Origin: an uncultured bacterium
Lineage (GTDB): Bacteria; Zixibacteria; MSB-5A5; GN15; FEB-12
Direction: 5' to 3'
NCBI GenBank assembly: GCA_965371755.1
Contig: CBDUZQ010000001.1
Coordinates: 1-26,698, forward strand
Length of the DNA: 26,698 nucleotides
The notes under the pieces are model-generated. The model did not search any database. It was given only the letters and a program-made list of their open reading frames with translations, and had not been told where the DNA came from. A program made the position numbers and the translations under genes. Positions 7,461-20,555 of the stretch are shown here, in pieces (the stretch's first letter is position 1; every line of letters starts with the position of its first letter).

Positions 7461-8486
7461 CTATTCAATGCGTTCGGCTCCAGCTTCCTCAATGGTGGCC
7501 GGGCTGACCACGATCTTGCGCTCGGTTTCGCCTTGTGATACGATCACTTCGACCTGCGATTCTTTGCGGGCAGCGCTATAGCGGGCGGTAATCATCGCGG
7601 CCTTCTCAATGGCATCATCCCCGGCCTCACCTATTAACAAGGTGATCGGCGAGCCGACGTCGGCTGCTTCCAGGCAAACGAATTCCGGTTGCCGGTAAGA
7701 TTCGATCTTGCGGTTGTCGCTCTCGTGCCGCCCGACAATGATCTTGGTCCGCTCGTCGAGGCGAAAATGTCGTCCCAGCCGCAGGAGGTTCAGATCGTCG
7801 AAATTGATATGCTCCGAATGCGCCAGCAGATCCCGCAGCCGACCCGAATAGGCGGCGTCGGTCAGCAAGCAGCCCGAAGCCGGCGACGGGTAGTCATCAA
7901 GGCCGAATTCCTCGGCCAGTTCCATCTGTCTCTTGCGGCTGCGGCCGTTGATTGCCTCCAACTGATCGCGATCGACCATTCCGCTCAACTCCGGCTCAGT
8001 CGGCGGTAACAGTTTGGCTGACAGCGGCCTGAGTAGTTTGCCCATCAGGTTGGAATGTTTGATGGTGAGGTTTAGTTTGTCCTTCAGTTGCGACATCGGT
8101 CGTTGCCCCATCACTTCGCCGGTGACCACAAAGTCGGCCCCCGACATCTCCATGAATTCGCGGGCCTCATTGAGCATCAGTATCCGACAGTCGGTGCAGG
8201 GGTTCATGTTCTTGCCGTAACCAAATCGCGGGTTGCGAACGATATCGACGAACTTCTCGCCCAAGTGCATCAGTTTGACATTGAACCCGAACTTCTTCGC
8301 CGCAGGAAACGGATCGGAGCCGCAAGAGGATCGGTCCCCAAGGTCGCATCCGAAATGTGTCATGAAGGTGATGGCGGTCACCTCGATGTTCTGCTTCAAC
8401 ATCAACAATATAGCCAGAGCCGAGTCCAGCCCCCCGGAAAACAGGGCTATGGCGTGGCCACGTTTTTTTTCAGTCGGACAATTCAT
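7461..8486 (-). CDS. PP-loop tRNA thiolase-like protein (ThiI/MnmA-related) with C-terminal DUF814/NFACT-R-like region
   Basis: SGGLDS PP-loop, NMNPCTDCR, TGEVMGQRPMSQ, LLRPLSAK, PASGCLLTD, GRHFRL. Start placed at ATG 8486; the upstream 66 codons in the track look spurious. Confidence 0.75.
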   Translation of the reverse strand: MNCPTEKKRGHAIALFSGGLDSALAILLMLKQNIEVTAITFMTHFGCDLGDRSSCGSDPFPAAKKFGFNVKLMHLGEKFVDIVRNPRFGYGKNMNPCTDCRILMLNEAREFMEMSGADFVVTGEVMGQRPMSQLKDKLNLTIKHSNLMGKLLRPLSAKLLPPTEPELSGMVDRDQLEAINGRSRKRQMELAEEFGLDDYPSPASGCLLTDAAYSGRLRDLLAHSEHINFDDLNLLRLGRHFRLDERTKIIVGRHESDNRKIESYRQPEFVCLEAADVGSPITLLIGEAGDDAIEKAAMITARYSAARKESQVEVIVSQGETERKIVVSPATIEEAGAERIE

Positions 8487-8618
8487 TATCAAGCTTCCAG
8501 TCTGCTGTCTCAGGCGGCTTCGAACAGTGTCCGTTCGCGAATGTATAACGGAAAACCGTCCCACCACTATTGGGACTAATATAGGAGTTTTGTTCCCGAG
8601 CGACAGTCCGTTTTGCCC

Positions 8619-8647
8619 TTGACTTGCCTGGCCGTACCCGGTAGACT
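8619..8647 (+). promoter_or_regulatory. Putative sigma70 promoter of the mlaEFD operon
   Basis: TTGACT-17 bp-TAGACT, 22 nt upstream of ATG 8670. Confidence 0.65.
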
Positions 8648-8669
8648 GTCCTCCGAAAGTATAGATACT

Positions 8670-9458
8670 ATGACCGTTTTCCAACTTGTTAACAACTGGT
8701 TCAAGAATTTCGCGTACGAGACGCAGAACCTGTTCTTCTTCAGTCTCAGGTTAGTAGGGGCGTTTTTCTCGCGGCGTTGGTATGTAACCGAAACCATGGA
8801 ACAAATGTACCTGATCGGGGTGGGATCGCTCTATCTGGTGGTGCTCACAGGTATCTTTGCGGGGCAGGGGTTTGCTTTTGCCTTCTCGATGGAGTTGGCT
8901 GATTTCGGCGCCAAGAACTATCTCGGTCGGATACTGGCCATTTCCATTATCCGCGAACTGGGACCGGTGCTGACCGGTCTCATGTTTGCCGCGCGTGTTG
9001 CGGCCGGCATCACCGCTGAGATCGGCGCCATGAAGTCGACCCACCAAATCGACGCTATGGTGGCCTTCGGAATCGATCCCATTAAGAAAATCGCCGTTCC
9101 TCGAACGATTGCGCTGATCGTGATGCTGCCGATGCTGACCATAATTTGCGACGCTATCGCCCTATTGGGTGGGTGGGTCATAGCTGTTCTTGTGGCACAC
9201 GTAACTTCCACCATGTACTGGTCGGCCGTCAGAGAACGTCTAATTTTCGGTAATATTTTCGTCGGCCTTATGAAGCCGGTGGTTTTCTCATTTGTCATTG
9301 CCTTCATTGCCTGCTACAAAGGCTTTGCCTCCAAAGGCGGAACTAAAGGGGTTGGCCAGGCCACGACGCAGTCGGTCGTGATGGCCTCGATTACCATATT
9401 GATCGTCAACTTCTTCATCACGCGCGTCGTTTTCAGTTGGCTTAAGGGTTACCTATGA
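8670..9458 (+). CDS. mlaE: MlaE-family ABC permease
   Basis: IGVGSL, IIRELGPVLTGLMFAARVAAGITAEIGAMK, QIDAMVAFGIDP, KGGTKGVGQATTQSVV. Confidence 0.93.
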   Translation: MTVFQLVNNWFKNFAYETQNLFFFSLRLVGAFFSRRWYVTETMEQMYLIGVGSLYLVVLTGIFAGQGFAFAFSMELADFGAKNYLGRILAISIIRELGPVLTGLMFAARVAAGITAEIGAMKSTHQIDAMVAFGIDPIKKIAVPRTIALIVMLPMLTIICDAIALLGGWVIAVLVAHVTSTMYWSAVRERLIFGNIFVGLMKPVVFSFVIAFIACYKGFASKGGTKGVGQATTQSVVMASITILIVNFFITRVVFSWLKGYL

Positions 9459-10243
9459 TCGAACTGCGGCATGTTCATTTTGCTTACGGCACCCAAACGG
9501 TGTTGCGTGATGTGTCGTTCCTGGTCGACGATTCCGAGGCCGTGGTTATTATGGGACCATCCGGGTCCGGCAAGTCCACGATTCTGCGATTGATCCTCGG
9601 TCTTGATTGCCCAGAAGAGGGGGAGATTTTCATCGATCACAAGGACGTCTGTCGGATGCGACAGAGACAGTTGCGGGAAATTCGCAAAAAGATCGGAATG
9701 GTCTTTCAGGATGGAGCGTTGTTTGATTCCCTCACGGTGGGGGAAAACGTCGGCTACTATCTGATCGAACACACTAAACTGAAGTGGGATGAGATCGAAC
9801 ATCGGGCTCGAACCATGCTTGGTTTTGTGGGTCTTGAGGCCGATGAAGTTATTGATAAGCTTCCCGACCAACTTTCCGGCGGGATGCGTCGGCGGGTGGC
9901 AATCGGTCGCGCTTTGTTGTCAACCGACCCGCAGATCATGCTGTATGACGAACCGACCACCGGGTTGGACCCCTACGCCACGCGCAACGTTATTAATCTG
10001 ATCAACAAGCTGCACCGGGAGCGATCTGTCTCGTCCATCGTGGTGACCCATCAGATAGCGGACGCATTCGCCATGGCCAAACGGTTCATTGTCATATACC
10101 GAGGGGAAGTGGCGTTTGACGGTTCTCTGGAGGAGTTGCGTGAATGTCGAGACGAGAGGGTGGAGGATTTCCTGGCGCCGTTCCAGGCGTCGATGAAAGG
10201 TGTGTTTGAGAGGAAATTTGTTGATGGCGCCGCGCCGGAATAG
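9455..10243 (+). CDS. mlaF: MlaF-family ABC ATP-binding protein
   Basis: Walker A GPSGSGKS, IGMVFQDGALFDSLTVGENV, LSGGMRRR, Walker B MLYDEPTTGLDP. ATGA overlap with mlaE. Confidence 0.93.
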   Translation: MIELRHVHFAYGTQTVLRDVSFLVDDSEAVVIMGPSGSGKSTILRLILGLDCPEEGEIFIDHKDVCRMRQRQLREIRKKIGMVFQDGALFDSLTVGENVGYYLIEHTKLKWDEIEHRARTMLGFVGLEADEVIDKLPDQLSGGMRRRVAIGRALLSTDPQIMLYDEPTTGLDPYATRNVINLINKLHRERSVSSIVVTHQIADAFAMAKRFIVIYRGEVAFDGSLEELRECRDERVEDFLAPFQASMKGVFERKFVDGAAPE

Positions 10244-10306
10244 CATCTTTGGAATGATGGCGGTGATCAAAATAGGAAACCAGATGAATACTGAAGGCTG
10301 TAATAG

Positions 10307-11242
10307 ATGAAACGATCAACATCGACACGCTGGGGATCTCTGAAAGTGGGGGCGGTCTTGACCGCGGCTATCGCGGTAGCCCTGTGGGCGTCGCTCACCG
10401 GCGGCGGCACCTCGATCTTCGACCCTAAGGGCAATTTCGTATGCTACTTTCACAACGTCAACGGGTTGGTCAAAGGTTCGCCGGTCTGGATGTCGGGAGT
10501 TGAGATCGGGAACGTGCGCAGGGTCAAGTTCGTCAACATCGATTCCCTGCGCCAGGTGGAAGTGACCTGTCGCGTCAAGAAGTCGGTTTGGAACATGCTC
10601 ACCGGCGACGCTCGTGTCCAACTTGGGTCTATCGGTTTTCTGGGGGACAAGTATGTCGAGATCGACCCGGGTGGTGCCACTGGAGCGCCAATTGAGGAAG
10701 GAGCTGTCGTACAGACGCGTGACGCCGGCAGCGCGGAGGCAATGTTTCTCGAGGGGGAGCGAGCTCTATCGGAGGCGGGCGACATGGTGCACAACCTCGA
10801 CGAAGTCCTGGCCCGCATGAATCGCGGCGAGGGTACGTTGGGACGCATGGCCACCGATGAGGAACTGTACACCCAGATGACCAACCTGCTGGCCAACCTG
10901 ACGAAGTTGACAGCATCCCTGCAGAAGGGTCAGGAGCGTATCATAACGTCGATCGAGCAGACCTCGGACGCTGTCACCGGTTTGGCTGATCGAGTCGACT
11001 CCAACAGCGGCACACTGGGGCGTCTCATGTCCGACCCGGCGCTGTATGACAATCTAGCGGCCACGTCGGCGCGGTTGGACAGCGTTATGTCGAAGATCAG
11101 CAGGGCTGAGGGGACGCTTGGTTTGTTCGTCTCTGATACCTCTCTCTACACCGAGACGGTGAACCTCATGGCACGCATCAACAACCTCGTCACCGATATC
11201 GAGAACAACCCGAGGAAATATTTCAAGTTCTCGGTGTTTTAG
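10307..11242 (+). CDS. mlaD: MlaD/MCE-domain protein
   Basis: N-terminal TM anchor, NVNGLVKGSPVWMSGVEIGNV, GFLGDKYVEIDPG, three GTLG...D..LY helical repeats, C-terminal DIENNPRKY. Confidence 0.92.
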   Translation: MKRSTSTRWGSLKVGAVLTAAIAVALWASLTGGGTSIFDPKGNFVCYFHNVNGLVKGSPVWMSGVEIGNVRRVKFVNIDSLRQVEVTCRVKKSVWNMLTGDARVQLGSIGFLGDKYVEIDPGGATGAPIEEGAVVQTRDAGSAEAMFLEGERALSEAGDMVHNLDEVLARMNRGEGTLGRMATDEELYTQMTNLLANLTKLTASLQKGQERIITSIEQTSDAVTGLADRVDSNSGTLGRLMSDPALYDNLAATSARLDSVMSKISRAEGTLGLFVSDTSLYTETVNLMARINNLVTDIENNPRKYFKFSVF

Positions 11243-11250
11243 GGGGAGTT

Positions 11251-11940
11251 GTGGCTCACGTCAGCAAAAGGAAGGCTCTGAAAGAGCTTCAGTGCAATCT
11301 GGATCGTGGTGAAAAGATCATAGCCACTGAGGAGGGCACTGATGCAATTATCCGGTGGCGGCGAGATACAGAAGTACTTATGAGGGAAGTCCTGTCCGAG
11401 AATAGCGAGTTATACAAGGGTTTTCACGAAATCGCATCTTTCACGTCGCTGACGATGGTGAAGCAGGGTGTTTATCTCCTGGGAGAGTCTATACAGCAGA
11501 TCGAAGAATACGGGTTGATCTCGGAAAGGACGCAGGTACACCGACTATGGCGCCAGTTGGGAATCCAGTTCGCCGTGGTAGTTGTCACAGTAGTTGCCAC
11601 AGTAGTTGCCACCTTGTTTTTGCCACCTGTTCAACGTTTGCTTGGCATTACTCTTGGAAGCAACAGTGAGTTGACAGAAGCACAGCGAGAGATGAAGTGT
11701 AAAGAGCTACAGGTTCTGTTTGATAATAGGTTAGAGGAGTTCGATGCCGATTCTTGGGCTAGCAGAGATTCTCTCAAGACATGGCTTGCAGCTAATTTCT
11801 CCGGACGAATACCCGAGATCAGATGGAAGAAACGGGCGTTCGCACAGCGGATAACTATGCGCAGGAAGAACATCGTTGATTCGTTTATGGTGGCCTTTCA
11901 GACCTACGGTTGTGATACCACATCTCTTCGCAACCGGTGA
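11251..11940 (+). CDS. Hypothetical single-TM membrane protein
   Basis: 229-aa ORF with GTG behind a ggggag RBS, 8 bp after the mlaD stop. Central hydrophobic helix. Composition looks more AT-rich than its neighbours. No family recognised. Confidence 0.6.
   Translation: MAHVSKRKALKELQCNLDRGEKIIATEEGTDAIIRWRRDTEVLMREVLSENSELYKGFHEIASFTSLTMVKQGVYLLGESIQQIEEYGLISERTQVHRLWRQLGIQFAVVVVTVVATVVATLFLPPVQRLLGITLGSNSELTEAQREMKCKELQVLFDNRLEEFDADSWASRDSLKTWLAANFSGRIPEIRWKKRAFAQRITMRRKNIVDSFMVAFQTYGCDTTSLRNR
11578..11613 (+). repeat. 12-bp tandem repeat x3 inside the hypothetical gene
   Basis: gtagttgtcaca / gtagttgccaca / gtagttgccacc, encoding VVVT-VVAT-VVAT in the TM helix. Confidence 0.8.
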
Positions 11941-11970
11941 ACGGCCTTGCTGCGAACAAAAACTATTGCT

Positions 11971-12192
11971 GCGTCATACTGAGCGGAGTCGAAGTATGAC
12001 GTTTTTCCTGCGACAAGTACGCCGCCCTTCGACTCCGCTCAGGGTGACGTTTGGGATGCGCTCAGGGTGACGTTTGGGATGCGCTCAGGGTGACGTTTAG
12101 ATGCGCTCAGGGTGACGTTTTGGTGGGCTCAGGGTGACGTTTGGATGCGCTCAGGGTGACGTTTGGATGCGTTCAGTATGACGTTTTGGTGG
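11971..12192. repeat. Repeat cassette A: inverted REP-like doublet plus 7-unit tandem array
   Basis: cgtcatact-gagcggagtcga-agtatgacg (11972-12001), inverted copy cgccgccct-tcgactccgctc-agggtgacg (12020-12049), and tandem units gctcagggtgacgttt(N6-7) at 12037, 12060, 12083, 12105, 12127, 12149 and 12171 (last one degenerate). Confidence 0.95.
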
Positions 12193-12277
12193 GCATCTGA
12201 CCGTACTGCATGAGCCGCCTTCACTGCTTCTGTAACGCCAATCAGATACTATCAGGAACTTGATCGTCCGCGCGGTA

Positions 12278-12586
12278 CTATTCGTTCTGCTTACCGTGAG
12301 AGGTTTCATTCCGGCACTTGGCGAGTTCGTGCAGTAGATCAAAATCCCCGGCAACGAGAGCAGACTTCTTGCTCCGAGACCAGCCTTTGATCCTGCGCTC
12401 TGCTGCAACTGCTTCTTCTGCTTCCGCAAACTCCTGACAGAATACCAAGTGGACCGGTCGACGCGATGCGGTGTACCCTCCAAACGAGCCTTGTTCGTGC
12501 TGTGCAAGCCTCGTTTCCAGATCGCTTGTACTTCCGGCGTAGTAGCTACCGTCCGCGCAGTGAAGTATGTACACGCAATATGCCAT
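12278..12586 (-). CDS. Small stand-alone GIY-YIG nuclease (UPF0213/YhbQ/SLX1-like)
   Basis: CVYILHCADGSYYAGSTSDLETRLAQH, GGYTASRRPV, AERRIKGWSRSKK. The Tyr/Gly/Arg/His/Glu core is intact. Confidence 0.93.
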   Translation of the reverse strand: MAYCVYILHCADGSYYAGSTSDLETRLAQHEQGSFGGYTASRRPVHLVFCQEFAEAEEAVAAERRIKGWSRSKKSALVAGDFDLLHELAKCRNETSHGKQNE

Positions 12587-12622
12587 GTCTATCCGTTTTA
12601 GATTCTCGCTAGACCTACCTAA

Positions 12623-12768
12623 GCGTCATGCTGAGCGAAGTCGAAGTATGGCGCTTTTTCTACGATAACTATGCCGCCCTTCGACTCCGCTCAGGGTGAC
12701 GTTTGGAAGCGCTCAGGGTGGCGTTGGGATGCGCTCAGGGTGACGTTTGGATGGGCTCACGGTGACAT

Positions 12769-12770
<2 letters not shown>
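12623..12770. repeat. Repeat cassette B: inverted REP-like doublet plus 3-4 unit tandem array
   Basis: The 66-bp head 12623-12688 aligns ungapped to 11971-12036 (57/66 identical by hand count). Units at 12689, 12711, 12733 and a partial unit at 12755 that abuts the pcrA stop codon. Confidence 0.95.
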
Positions 12771-14964
<2,194 letters not shown>

Positions 14965-15034
14965 CACAGTGGGGTTGAATATACACGCGTTCGGGCGTTT
15001 GGCAATGACATAGCTGGAAGTTTCCGCCGGAAAC

Positions 15035-15066
15035 GAAAAAACCCCCAGCCAAACGGCCGGAGGTTG
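15035..15066 (-). terminator. Intrinsic terminator of rpmA
   Basis: Minus strand aacctccggcc-gttt-ggctgggggtt then tttt. The G.U pairs work only on this strand. Confidence 0.8.
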
Positions 15067-15093
15067 TTCTAAACCTTGAGGCGTACGTAAGTA

Positions 15094-15345
15094 TTACTCG
15101 TACACGGACACCTGTTTACGATCTTTGCCGACCCGTTCGAACTTGACGACGCCGGTTACTTTGGCAAACAGGGTACAGTCTTTGCCTATCCCGACATTGT
15201 AGCCGGGCTTGATCCTGGTGCCGCACTGACGCACGATAATCGATCCGGCCGGGATTGCCTGGCCGCCGTATACTTTGGTTCCCCGTCGTTGACCGTTGGA
15301 GTCGCGGCCGTTCTTGGAAGAACCGACACCTTTCTTATGAGCCAT
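15094..15345 (-). CDS. rpmA: 50S ribosomal protein L27 (bL27)
   Basis: [22 protein letters not shown]...[10 protein letters not shown]...G.NVGIGKD.TLFA. Confidence 0.98.
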   Translation of the reverse strand: MAHKKGVGSSKNGRDSNGQRRGTKVYGGQAIPAGSIIVRQCGTRIKPGYNVGIGKDCTLFAKVTGVVKFERVGKDRKQVSVYE

Positions 15346-15426
15346 TCTAACCTCTATCTACTGAGCGTTCTTTTCTCAATACCTTTAGTAGTCTATCGCC
15401 GGATTTTCCAGCTACTACAGCCATGT

Positions 15427-15454
15427 ATAATAACAATTCGGCGACCAAAGGCAA
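15427..15454 (-). promoter_or_regulatory. Possible promoter of rpmA
   Basis: Minus strand TTGCCT-16 bp-TATTAT with an extended TGn before the -10. Confidence 0.4.
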
Positions 15455-15532
15455 GCGAAATATGCAAGTGGTTGGGACTCAATTCGTTGCCTATTTCCCA
15501 GTTCCATCGCCGGAGCAGTCGACTGCCCAAAT

Positions 15533-15561
15533 AAAAACGGCCGGGCTGATGGCCCAACCGT
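15533..15561 (-). terminator. Intrinsic terminator of clpC
   Basis: Minus strand acggttgggc-catca-gcccggccgt then ttttatt. Confidence 0.8.
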
Positions 15562-15591
15562 CTGCAGAATAAGCTATCGAATCACTCTCGT

Positions 15592-18063
<2,472 letters not shown>

Positions 18064-18138
18064 AACCTGTAATCCTTCCTCTATATGCTAAACAAGAAAC
18101 TTCTTCTTACTTTAACGGCAACAACGCAGCAAAACCAA

Positions 18139-19203
18139 TCAGTTTTCCACCTGGCGCAGTTTTTCGCGCACCATCTGCGCTCTCACAAAGTCACGACGAT
18201 TCGAATCCATCTCGTGTCCATAGTATTTTTGTAGATGCGACGGTTGAGACAAAAGCAGAATATCGTTAATGAGGGCGACGTCAAGAAAATCGATTATCTT
18301 CATGGCATGACCCAGTCGCACCGCTGACAGGAGATTCATGACTTCCTCGGAAGTAAGAACGCGGGCGTGCTTTAGGATTCCGTAGGCGCGCCATATTTTG
18401 TCTTCGATCATGTCGGCCGCTTCGTCGATCAACCGCTGACGGGCGGCGGCTTCGCTCTCAATAATCTCTTCGGCTACGCGGGTGATCTGACGCAAGGTTT
18501 CTTCCTCGGTAACGCCCAGCGTTGTCTGATTGGACAACTGGAAGAGATTCCCCAGAACGTCGCTGCCCTCGCCGTAGAACCCTCGCACGACCAGACCGCT
18601 GTGGGTGATGCGTGAAATCACTTTGTCGATCTCGCGAGTCAGGACCAGGCCGGGCAAATGTATCAGCACCGAGGCCCGCATCCCGGTGCCGGCGTTGGTC
18701 GGACAGGCGGTCAAGAATCCGAAGTCGGGATCATAGGCGTACTCAAGATGCGCTGAGATCTCAGCGTCATACCGGGTGGCCAGCATGTACGCGCCCTCCG
18801 GGTCAAGACCGGGGGCCAAAGCTTGAATACGGAGATGGTCCTCCTCGTTGACCATTATGGACAGGCGCTCCCGAGGGTCGATGTAGAGCGCCTTGTTGTT
18901 TTCACCGTTGAGAAAGCCGGGCGAGATCAGATGTCGTTCCACCAGGAAATCCTGGTCGAGGGGGCTCAAGTCCGTGGACTTGTAATACAGTCCCTCGGCC
19001 AGCAATTTCGAGCGAGTTCGCGTCGAGTCAAAGTAGCCCACAATACGCTCACGGGTGGCGGCATCGGCCGAGGCCGGAAAGAGACATCCGGCGACGTTGC
19101 GAGCCAAACGCACCCGGCTGGAGAGGACCACCAGCGCTTCCTTTCCCTGTCCGGACAACCATGCAGCCGGCGATTTTGCCATCTCTTCAAACATCGTATC
19201 CAC
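18139..19203 (-). CDS. mcsB: Protein-arginine kinase McsB
   Basis: SSRVRLARN, LVERHLISP, MVNEEDHLRIQ, LTACPTNAGTGMRASV, RGFYGEGS, FQLSNQTTLG; lies between mcsA and clpC. Start could instead be ATG 19194. Confidence 0.94.
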   Translation of the reverse strand: MDTMFEEMAKSPAAWLSGQGKEALVVLSSRVRLARNVAGCLFPASADAATRERIVGYFDSTRTRSKLLAEGLYYKSTDLSPLDQDFLVERHLISPGFLNGENNKALYIDPRERLSIMVNEEDHLRIQALAPGLDPEGAYMLATRYDAEISAHLEYAYDPDFGFLTACPTNAGTGMRASVLIHLPGLVLTREIDKVISRITHSGLVVRGFYGEGSDVLGNLFQLSNQTTLGVTEEETLRQITRVAEEIIESEAAARQRLIDEAADMIEDKIWRAYGILKHARVLTSEEVMNLLSAVRLGHAMKIIDFLDVALINDILLLSQPSHLQKYYGHEMDSNRRDFVRAQMVREKLRQVEN

Positions 19204-19217
19204 TTCCTATCCTCTCA

Positions 19218-19748
19218 TTAGCTTTCGACTGATAAGGAATCGCGCATTGCCTTAAGCTTGTCGCGAATCTCGGCGGCGCGTTCAAAGTCTTCCGCCTCGA
19301 TCGCTTTTTTCAATTCCGTCTCAAGGCGTTCTTCCTCTTTGACGGGAATAGTGCTATCGTTGTCAGTAACAGGCGATTCGCCAACCGGCGCCCGACCGCG
19401 GTGCAGGGAGGCGCCGTGGATTTTTCGCATAACTATTTCGAGTTTCGAACGGAAGGCCTTGTAGCATTCGCCACACCCAAAGCGACCATGACGTGCGAAT
19501 TCCTCAAACTTCAGACCGCAGCCAGGGCACGACAACGAATCTTCAGACTTGGCGGTACTTGCCTGCGGCAAGCTCTCGGCCAGTCCGGAGAGAATTTCCG
19601 CCAACTGAAACGGCGCGTTCTCCAGGGGAGAATGAAAACCTCTGGCAGCGGCGCACTCTTTGCACAGCGACAGCGTTGTCTTTTCGTTGTTCACTATCTG
19701 AGTAATCTGAACATGTGCTTCGCGTTTGCGGCAATCCTGACATAACAT
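19218..19748 (-). CDS. mcsA: McsA, activator of McsB (UvrB/UvrC-motif protein)
   Basis: Four CXXC motifs (CQDC, CKEC, CPGC, GCGECY), IHGASLHRGRAP, C-terminal UVR AIEAEDFERAAEIRDKLK. Confidence 0.94.
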   Translation of the reverse strand: MLCQDCRKREAHVQITQIVNNEKTTLSLCKECAAARGFHSPLENAPFQLAEILSGLAESLPQASTAKSEDSLSCPGCGLKFEEFARHGRFGCGECYKAFRSKLEIVMRKIHGASLHRGRAPVGESPVTDNDSTIPVKEEERLETELKKAIEAEDFERAAEIRDKLKAMRDSLSVES

Positions 19749-19755
19749 AGCTTAG

Positions 19756-20454
19756 TTACCTGCGCGTTATATGGTCGAAAACCTTGCCATCCACAATTTG
19801 TGTCTCACTATCGCATCGTTCGGCCAGTTCCCGGTTATGTGTGGCGATCAGAAATGTGGTGTCATTCTCGGCGTTGAGTTGGAAGAGCAAATCGTGGAGC
19901 CGGCGGCCGGTGGATGTATCGAGATTCCCCGAGGGTTCGTCGGCCAGAACAATCGGAGGGTCATTGGCCAGGGCTCGCGCAACCGCCACCCGTTGCTGTT
20001 CACCGCCCGACAACTGTCTCGGACGATGACTTGTCCTATCTCTTAAACCCACCATCTCCAACAGATGTTCCGCCTTGTCGGCAGCTTCGTTTTTCTTTTT
20101 CCCCGCTACCAACAGTGGTATAATCACATTCTCAAGGGCTGTGAAGTCGTTCATCAGGTAGTGGAACTGAAAAACGAAACCGATTGTCTCATTGCGAAAG
20201 GCGGCTAACTGAGTCTCACTCTTATCACCAAGTGGTACCCCGGCTACAGTCACTGCTCCTTCGGTCGGTCGATCCAATCCGCCCATAATGTGCAACAAGG
20301 TCGACTTGCCAACGCCGGAGGCGCCGGTCACAGCCGCCGTCTTCCCGCGCTGAATCCCCAGCGAAAGCCCCTTGAGAACCGGGAGGACACTGTTGGCCGT
20401 TTTGAACTGCCGATGTATGTTCGTGGCCGACAAAATCAACTCGTTGTTATCCAT
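19756..20454 (-). CDS. lolD: LolD-type ABC ATP-binding protein
   Basis: [63 protein letters not shown]; follows a lolC/E-type gene. Confidence 0.88.
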   Translation of the reverse strand: MDNNELILSATNIHRQFKTANSVLPVLKGLSLGIQRGKTAAVTGASGVGKSTLLHIMGGLDRPTEGAVTVAGVPLGDKSETQLAAFRNETIGFVFQFHYLMNDFTALENVIIPLLVAGKKKNEAADKAEHLLEMVGLRDRTSHRPRQLSGGEQQRVAVARALANDPPIVLADEPSGNLDTSTGRRLHDLLFQLNAENDTTFLIATHNRELAERCDSETQIVDGKVFDHITRR

Positions 20455-20555
20455 CTTTAAGCGTCTGCCGTCCTATGTGTTAACCCTTCGCGGGTATACT
20501 ACTGTTTTCGCCACTTTTGGCCAAAGGTTTAGTCAAGCACAACAAAACCATCGAC

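Noticed and set aside
8487-8684. N-terminal extension of the ThiI-like ORF in the track (also the extensions at 2924, 5945 and 24819)
   Set aside because: They overlap divergent promoters or neighbouring genes, and family-like sequence starts at the downstream ATGs used above.
10790-11170. Three GTLG...D..LY repeats in MlaD as a novelty
   Set aside because: A common feature of long MCE proteins in non-gammaproteobacterial mlaEFD operons.
12037-12192. CRISPR array
   Set aside because: Units are 22-23 bp with near-identical 9-10 nt linkers instead of unique 25-45 nt spacers, there are no cas genes, and the unit is clearly one arm of the adjacent palindrome.
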